From: an uncultured Nitrospinota bacterium
GTDB taxonomy: Bacteria; Tectomicrobia; Entotheonellia; J063; CAVPRW01
Assembly: GCA_963707985.1 (NCBI GenBank)
Contig: CAVPRW010000003.1
Span: forward strand, 86,953-150,952
Length of the DNA: 64,000 nt
Direction of reading: 5' to 3'
Shown piece after piece: positions 57,729-64,000 of the stretch (positions are counted from its first letter, which is position 1; the number at the start of each line of letters is the position of its first letter). The translations under genes were made by a program, and so were the position numbers. Under the pieces are notes generated by a model. That model was not told the DNA's origin, did not search any database, and saw only the letters and a list, made by a program, of their open reading frames with translations.

Positions 57729-57961
57729 TCCAGTGGGTCCCGCTCTTCAAAATCACCCTCAGGCTCGATCTCTGGGAAATCAGGGATGCTGCCAGCGACT
57801 TCCTCGAAAAAGCCGACTGGCCATCCTAGGCCTTCAGCCGACTTGACGGGCTCGAACACCACGACCAGATCGACATCCTGGTCGGCGAACTCACGCGGCA
57901 TCCTGAACGTCACCTGACTGTCCTTATCCACCTGTACCCTGACATGTAAGCTCCGCATCAT
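57725..57961 (-). CDS. Putative VapB-like antitoxin
   Basis: AbrB-like N-terminus, GWPVGFFEEVAGS..EGDFEERDPL; ATGA overlap with vapC. Confidence 0.75.
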   Translation of the reverse strand: MMRSLHVRVQVDKDSQVTFRMPREFADQDVDLVVVFEPVKSAEGLGWPVGFFEEVAGSIPDFPEIEPEGDFEERDPLE

Positions 57962-58045
57962 CAGCCCTCCAGAGAGATGTGCGCCGGAAACCTCCCCAGA
58001 CACAGCAGGGCGCCGATGAACAGGCCGGCGTCGAGAAAGACCCGC

Positions 58046-58246
58046 TCAGCGGTGATCATAGATGGCATCCTTCCAGCCCGGGGGGACCCGACCGTCCAGG
58101 ATCGGCAGCGGCTTCAGCTCCGCTGCAGGGAGCTGTGGGGCAGGCTTGAAGCGCAGCCGCAGGAACACGGCGAAATCCAGCACCTCCGCCTGCTGTTCAC
58201 GGGGAAGGGCGTGCAGGACTTCGAGAAGCTGTTCTTCGACGGTCAT
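58046..58246 (-). CDS. DUF2281-like small protein
   Basis: MTVEEQLLEVLHALPREQQAEVLDFAVFL; ATGA overlap with hsdM stop. Confidence 0.7.
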   Translation of the reverse strand: MTVEEQLLEVLHALPREQQAEVLDFAVFLRLRFKPAPQLPAAELKPLPILDGRVPPGWKDAIYDHR

Positions 58247-60387
58247 GGCTGTTCCTCCAAGAGAATTTGTGGCAGCAGCCCCTCGGTCTCCCGCTCCAGC
58301 GCCAGGATGTCGGCGCGAATCTCCTCCAGCGTGCGCAGCGGCTGCGGCTTGTAGAAATAGCGGGTGAAGCTGATCTCGTAGCCGATCTTGGCGCTGTCCG
58401 GGACGTACCAGGCGTCGGGGGCGTGGGGCAGCACCTCGCGGCGCAGGAAGGCTTCGATGCCACCTTCTTCCAGCAGGGGCACCTGCTCGGTGTCGCGCAG
58501 GTCGGGGTCGGGCTCGTACTCGACGACGCACGCCGTGCCGTGGAGGGTGACGGCAAACAGCCCACGCAAGGCGTCAGGCTCCGCCTTCCCAGGCTTGTGG
58601 ACTTTCGCCACCACCTCCTTCGCGCCCTCATCGCGCTCAGCCAGGACGCTCTGGAGCAGTTTCTTTCGCTTCGCGGTGAGCTTGACCCCGTGTGCTTCGG
58701 CATCATACTCAACGGCCGCCAGGAAGACGTTGAAGTCGGTGTGAGGCCCGGGCCCAAGCGTTATGGCGACACGGTCGACGACGTTGGCGATCGGCTCCTC
58801 ATCAGCTTCCATGCAGGCACGCCGGAAGGCGCGCCGGCGTTCGTCACCGAGATCGACCTTCAGGCGCAGCGGCCGTTCGACTGTCACCTTCCAGGAGCCG
58901 AAGGCCTCGTTGGGAAAGATCTTCGACTGTTCGGTGTCCTTGAACATGAGGAAGGTGTCGCAGATGCGTTGGATGTCTTCATCCGACAGCTCGCAGTTCT
59001 TCTTGCCGAGGTTCTTGCGCAGCGGCTTGAACCACAGCGTGGCATCGATGAGCTGCACCTTGCCCTGGCGATGGCTCGGTTTGCGGTTGCTGAGCACCCA
59101 GATGTAGGTGGCGATGCCGGTGTTGTAGAACATGTTGAGCGGCAGGGCGACGATGGCCTCGAGCCAGTCGTTCTCGATGATCCAGCGGCGGATGTTGCTC
59201 TCGCCCTGGCCGGCATCCCCGGTGAAGAGCGAGCTGCCGTTGTGCACCTCGGCGATGCGGCTGCCGAGGCGGGTGCCATGCTTCATCTTGCTCAGCATGT
59301 TGGCCAGGAAGAGCATCTGGCCGTCGCTCGAGCGGGTGATGAGCGAGTACTCCGGGTCACCGGCGTGCTCGATGACGAAGCGCAGGTCTTTGATACCTCC
59401 CTTGCCGCCCAGCCGCTCCAGATCGCCTTTCCAGCTCTTGCCGTAGGGCGGATTGCTGAGCATGAAGTCGAACTCGCGCGACGGGAAGGCGTCATTCGAG
59501 AGCGTCGAGTGCTCCGGCCCGCCGACGATGTTGTCCGCCGCGTCCCCGTCGCCCTTGAGCAGCAGGTCCGCCTTACAAATGGCGTAGGTCTCCGCGTTGA
59601 TTTCCTGGCCGAAGAGGTGGGTGGCGACCTGTTTGCCGTGCGCGGTGGCGAGCGCCTGCAGCGTCTCCTCGGCCACGGTCAGCATGCCGCCCGTGCCGCA
59701 GGCGCCGTCGTACAGCAGGTAGGTGCCCGATTCGATCGCGTCGGCGATGGGCAGCAAGATCAGCTTCGCCATGAGCTTGACGGCGTCGCGCGGGGTCCAG
59801 TGCTCACCCGCCTCCTCGTTGTTTTCCTCGTTGAACCGGCGGACGAGCTCCTCGAAGACCGTTCCCATGCCGTGGTTGTCGAGCCCGGGGTGCTTGACCG
59901 AGCCATCCCCGTTCAGCACCGGGTTGGGGCTCAGGTTGATGTCGGGCGAGAGGAACTTCTCGATCAGCGTGCCGAGCGCGTCGGCCTTCGAGAGGCGCGG
60001 GATCTGGTTGCGGAACTCGAAGTTGTCGAGGATGTCCTGGACGTTGGGCGAGAAGCCGTCGAGGTAGGCCTCGAAGTCGGCCTTGAGCTGCTGCTGGCTG
60101 GCGCGGGCCTTGAGGTCACGCAGGGTGAACTTCGAGGTGTTGTAGAAGGCCTGGCCGGCCGCCTGGCGCAGCGCCTGGTCCTGATGCACGATGCCTGCCT
60201 CATCGAGTGCGGCCTTCATGTCGAGGACGGCCTGCTTGGTCGGCTCGAGCACCGCGTCGAGCCGACGCAGGACGGTCATGGGCAGGATCACATCGCGGTA
60301 CTTGCCGCGGACGTAGAGGTCCCGCAGGACATCGTCGGCGATGCCCCAGATGAAGTTCGCGATCCAGTTGAGTTGGACCTGCTCCAT
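58243..60387 (-). CDS. hsdM: Type I methyltransferase subunit M
   Basis: FIWGIADDVLRD, AGEHWTPRD, YDGACGTGGML, SNPPYG. Confidence 0.96.
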   Translation of the reverse strand: MEQVQLNWIANFIWGIADDVLRDLYVRGKYRDVILPMTVLRRLDAVLEPTKQAVLDMKAALDEAGIVHQDQALRQAAGQAFYNTSKFTLRDLKARASQQQLKADFEAYLDGFSPNVQDILDNFEFRNQIPRLSKADALGTLIEKFLSPDINLSPNPVLNGDGSVKHPGLDNHGMGTVFEELVRRFNEENNEEAGEHWTPRDAVKLMAKLILLPIADAIESGTYLLYDGACGTGGMLTVAEETLQALATAHGKQVATHLFGQEINAETYAICKADLLLKGDGDAADNIVGGPEHSTLSNDAFPSREFDFMLSNPPYGKSWKGDLERLGGKGGIKDLRFVIEHAGDPEYSLITRSSDGQMLFLANMLSKMKHGTRLGSRIAEVHNGSSLFTGDAGQGESNIRRWIIENDWLEAIVALPLNMFYNTGIATYIWVLSNRKPSHRQGKVQLIDATLWFKPLRKNLGKKNCELSDEDIQRICDTFLMFKDTEQSKIFPNEAFGSWKVTVERPLRLKVDLGDERRRAFRRACMEADEEPIANVVDRVAITLGPGPHTDFNVFLAAVEYDAEAHGVKLTAKRKKLLQSVLAERDEGAKEVVAKVHKPGKAEPDALRGLFAVTLHGTACVVEYEPDPDLRDTEQVPLLEEGGIEAFLRREVLPHAPDAWYVPDSAKIGYEISFTRYFYKPQPLRTLEEIRADILALERETEGLLPQILLEEQP

Positions 60388-60625
60388 GTGTCTCCTCGTT
60401 CGTCGGGAGGATCTTTCCGTTCAAACCGTGTACCGGCTGGGCTCTCGGCGCGGGCAAGCGGGGTGCACAGCTCTTCAACGCTATTTGCTCTCGATCCGTT
60501 CAGCGGGCGGATCGCCTTCCAGGCGATGGCGACTGTGCTCGCTGGCGTCGCCACCCTCGAGGTGACCCCCGATGGCGTGCTCTCGCCGGACCGAACCGAT
60601 GCAACCCAGTACGTGATCATGGCCG

Positions 60626-61153
60626 TTACCACTTCTCCTGAAACTCACGGATCACCTCCTCGGGCGAGAGGTTGAGGTAAATCTCGGTCGTGGTCAGACG
60701 ATCATGGCCTAACAGCCGCTGCAGGGCCGGTAGCGAGATACCTTTCCGGATCGCCGTGACGGAGAACGTGTGGCGCAGGACATGGGGGGTCACGGGCCGG
60801 CGGATGTGGGCGCGATTGGCCACGCGCTTGACCAAAACCTGGATGGTGCGGGACGCCATGCCCACGGAGTCGTGCAAGGCGAAATGCCCCTCAAGGAGTG
60901 GCTGGACGCGAGCAGACAGGGGAATGATGCGCCGCTTGGTCTGGGAGCCATAAGGACCGCCCTTGCCATAGACCATAAGACGGTGGCCTTGCCAATCAAT
61001 GTTGTCTTTGTTGAGCTTCGCTAGCTCTGAGACTCTGAGGCCGGTATCCAAGAGCGTCCAGATGACGAGCTTCTCCTGATGTGACTGGCAGGCGGTGGCC
61101 AGCCGCGTGGCTTCGTCTTGAGTCAGGGGTTCGCGTTTGAATTGATAGGGCAT
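60626..61153 (-). mobile_element. Short tyrosine recombinase (catalytic domain only)
   Basis: TGLRVSE, GKG, HVLRH, LLGH, TTEIY; 175 aa. Confidence 0.9.
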
Positions 61154-61244
61154 GCGCCAATTATACGGATTGCGCAGGAGATGCGCAATTTATAAAATCT
61201 GTGGGTCGCAAAAATACTGGGTTACAGACGGGCGAGCGGAGCAG

Positions 61245-61500
61245 TATGCGCATTTTAGGACGGATGATGTAGAGTGGCGTTGGCACATCACCATGATCTG
61301 CTGCTCCTGCTCATCACTGCTCCGGTTGCCTGGTCGCTTGGGCCCGCGGGGATGATCCTGGAGCGCTTCGCGTATCGCGGTCGGCGCGCGCGTGCGAAAT
61401 TTGTAGAGGTCGCTGCGGCATATACCGGAGTTGGCCGATACGTCTGAAGCTTTCTCTCCCCTCCAGGGCGCCAGCACGGCCTGCAGCCGATGTTCCTCTG
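61245..61500 (-). pseudogene. Transposase N-terminal HTH remnant
   Basis: GICRSDLYKFR..ALQDHPRGPKRPGNR..EQEQQI resembles IS transposase N-termini; no DDE domain. Confidence 0.5.
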
Positions 61501-61548
61501 GGGTTTTGACGCAATTTAGCCCCTATAGTATATTTAAAGAAAGCACTG

Positions 61549-62245
61549 ATGCGTCATCTAGAAGTGAAATTATCATCCAGCCTTTTACCCCTCATTGCGG
61601 CCACGAAGAAGCTCTGGCGTCAATCCCATCTCACCTATGATCAAACCCACTACGTGGCGAAGGCAGTGCGCCGCGCTCTTGTTATCGAACGGCCGAAGTC
61701 CCGTAAGCGGGGCGTCGCGCGACTCTCCCGGGAAGAGGAGCGCCAGCTCATGGTCCACGCCTATCGGGTGCAGGGCACGCGAGGGCTGCTCGTCAAGACG
61801 CTGCTCCAGACCGGCGCCCGAGTTTCTGAGTTCGTCAACATTACAGCCGACGAGGTGTTCTTTGACGAGCAGATGATCCCATCTCAAAGCCAAGGGCGGG
61901 AAAAGTCGGTACGTCCCGATTCTCCCGCAGTTGGCCCAGGAGCTGAGGACCCATCTCGGCCATCGGACCACCGGCTATCTCTTCGAGACGGTCCACCACA
62001 CGCAGTACTCGCCCCGGCGCATTCAGCAGATCATCAAGGAGACGGCAGCCGACGCGCACATCACCAAGCGGGTCTACCCACACCTCCTGCGCCACTCGGT
62101 GGCGACCACCCTGCTGGAACGGGGCATGCCCATCGAGCAGATCCAGAAATTTCTCGGACATACCAAGCTGGAGACGACCCAGATCTATGCCGAGTCCTCA
62201 GCCGAGATGATCAAGGAGAGCTATCAGAAGGCGTTGGCGGGGTGA
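61549..62245 (+). mobile_element. Tyrosine recombinase (frameshift ~61880)
   Basis: TGARVSE, AKGGK, HLLRHS, FLGH, TTQIY; promoter-like TTGACG-17 nt-TATATT upstream. Confidence 0.88.
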
Positions 62246-62494
62246 CAGGTGCGCGTGTCAGGCAAGGTGCGACGTTTTCTCACACCCATCGACCAGACGC
62301 GTGGCATGGAGAGCGGCGCAGAGCTGTGCCCTCATGAAGCGCCAAAGGGCGGGAGGAGAACCCCTGCTTGTGTCAGGCTCCGCTCGCACCCTGAACAGAC
62401 GGGCAGTCACGGGGCCGTCATGGCCACGACATGACTGACCGTGGGACGCCGCCACACCACCCATGGAACGGGTGTCATCGCCGGGGAGATGTGC

Positions 62495-64000
62495 ATGACA
62501 AGAGTCCTCCGCATGTCGCCGCTCGTGATCGCTCTAACGCTGGTGTGCTCCGTGGTGGCGGGGCCTATGAGCACGACGCCTTCGGGGACCGTGAGCGTCC
62601 ACATTCTGGCCGTCAACGATTTCCATGGCCACCTCGTCGGCCCGAGTGGCACCATCACGGAGCCCGATGGTCGGAGCATCCCGGCCGGTGGGGTGGCGTA
62701 TCTGTCGGCGCACATGCAGGCTCTCCGGGCCCAGCACCCCCACACCGTGGTGGTCTCTGCCGGCGACCTGATCGGCGCCAGCCCGTTGATTTCCGCGCTC
62801 TTCCATGACGAGCCAACCATTGAGGCCTTTAATGTGCTCGGTCTAGATTACCACGCGGTCGGCAATCACGAGTTCGACGAAGGCGCCGCGGAATTGCTGC
62901 GGATGCAACACGGAGGGTGTCACCCGGTGGACGGGTGTCGGGATGGGGACGGGTTTGCGGGGGCCACGTTCCAGTTCCTGGCGGCCAATGTCGTCCGCCA
63001 GGACACCGCCACGACCCTGTTCCCGGCGTATCAGGTGCGCCGTTTTGCCGGCGCCAAGGTGGCCTTTATCGGGATGACCCTCAAGGGCACGCCGACCATT
63101 GTGACGCCGTCCGGAGTGGCCGGTCTGACGTTTAGGGATGAGGCCGAGACGGTCAATGCCCTGGTGCCGCACTTGAAGGCCCAGGGCATTGAAACGATCG
63201 TCGTGTTGATCCACGAGGGCGGCTTCCCCACGGGCACGTACAATGAGTGCCCGGGCCTTTCCGGGGCGATCGTGGAGATCGTCCAGCGCTTTGACCCCGC
63301 GGTCGATGTGGTGATCAGTGGTCATACCCATCAGGCGTATAACTGCCACCTCAATGGCATGCTCGTCACCAGCGCGTCCTCGTTCGGCCGAGTCGTGACC
63401 GATGTGGACCTGACCATTGACCGCGCCAGCGGCGATGTGGTCCGCATGCAGGCGAACAATCTGATCGTGACCCGCGAGGTGCCTCCGGACACCCGGCTCA
63501 CCGCGTTGGTGGACACATACCAGACCCTGGTGGCGCCGTTAGCCAACCGTGTGATCGGCTCCATGACGGCGGATATCACCCGCGATCCCACCCCGGCGGG
63601 CGAGTCCGCGTTGGGAGATGTGATTGCGGATGCGCAGTGGGCGGCCACGGCTGACCCGGCGCTTGGCGGGGCGGTGGTGGCGCTCATGAACCCGGGCGGT
63701 CTCCGCGCCGATCTAACCTACGCGCCAAGCGGGAGTGAAGGCGATGGTCAGGTGACCTATGGGGAAGCCTTCACGGTGCAGCCCTTCGGCAATAGCCTGG
63801 TGACCATGACGTTGACCGGGGCGCAGCTGAAGACCGTGCTGGAGCAGCAGTTTCAGGGGTGTGGGACCCAGGATAGAAACCGCATCCTGCAAGTCTCGGC
63901 GGGATTGACCTACGCCTGGAGCCGGAGCGCTCCGGCGTGCGGCAAGGTGGACCTCGCGAGTATCACGATCAAGGGGGTGGCCATCGAGCCCCAGGCCACC
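62495..64000 (+). CDS. Secreted bifunctional metallophosphatase/5'-nucleotidase (runs off the window)
   Basis: Manual translation: signal peptide, NDFHG, AGDLIGASP, GNHEFD, SGHTH, NPGGLRAD, VQPFGN. Confidence 0.93.
   Translation, partial: MTRVLRMSPLVIALTLVCSVVAGPMSTTPSGTVSVHILAVNDFHGHLVGPSGTITEPDGRSIPAGGVAYLSAHMQALRAQHPHTVVVSAGDLIGASPLISALFHDEPTIEAFNVLGLDYHAVGNHEFDEGAAELLRMQHGGCHPVDGCRDGDGFAGATFQFLAANVVRQDTATTLFPAYQVRRFAGAKVAFIGMTLKGTPTIVTPSGVAGLTFRDEAETVNALVPHLKAQGIETIVVLIHEGGFPTGTYNECPGLSGAIVEIVQRFDPAVDVVISGHTHQAYNCHLNGMLVTSASSFGRVVTDVDLTIDRASGDVVRMQANNLIVTREVPPDTRLTALVDTYQTLVAPLANRVIGSMTADITRDPTPAGESALGDVIADAQWAATADPALGGAVVALMNPGGLRADLTYAPSGSEGDGQVTYGEAFTVQPFGNSLVTMTLTGAQLKTVLEQQFQGCGTQDRNRILQVSAGLTYAWSRSAPACGKVDLASITIKGVAIEPQAT

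Noticed and set aside
58267..60675. 802 aa plus-strand ORF
   Set aside because: Antisense shadow of GC-rich hsdM; no recognisable motifs.

Overview
Bacterial chromosomal window spanning the likely replication origin; gene content and style resemble Ca. Tectomicrobia/Nitrospinota relatives (inference only). 1-21.3 kb is core: yidC-yidD-rnpA-rpmH (-), an oriC with DnaA boxes and DnaA-trios but no dnaA gene, then dnaN-recF-gyrB-gyrA, a peroxiredoxin, a response regulator, an Omp85 barrel, tex, pgi/pmi-lepA-lepB and alr. 21.5-26 kb and 39-50 kb are accessory metabolic genes: methyltransferase, P450, DUF35/thiolase, hydrolases, MarR, a beta-propeller/MoaD/DGPF/DoxX cluster, CoA-transferase, amidase and a UGA-containing Rdx selenoprotein missed by the ORF track. 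26-39 kb and 50-62.3 kb are defence/mobile patchworks: a deleted PLD-SNF2/type IIG locus, several TA modules, a CHAT protease-STAND-TPR gene with a divergent small partner, STAND and DUF4236 fragments, a type I RM operon with a nested VapBC, and two short tyrosine recombinases. A 5'-nucleotidase runs off the right end. Many single-base indels, including two in essential gyrB, point to long-read assembly error, so frameshifts alone do not show pseudogenisation. Best leads: the CHAT-STAND-TPR plus small-protein pair, the segment-swapped YidC periplasmic domain, the dnaA-less origin, and the TA-loaded type I RM island. All family assignments are from recalled motifs, not database searches.
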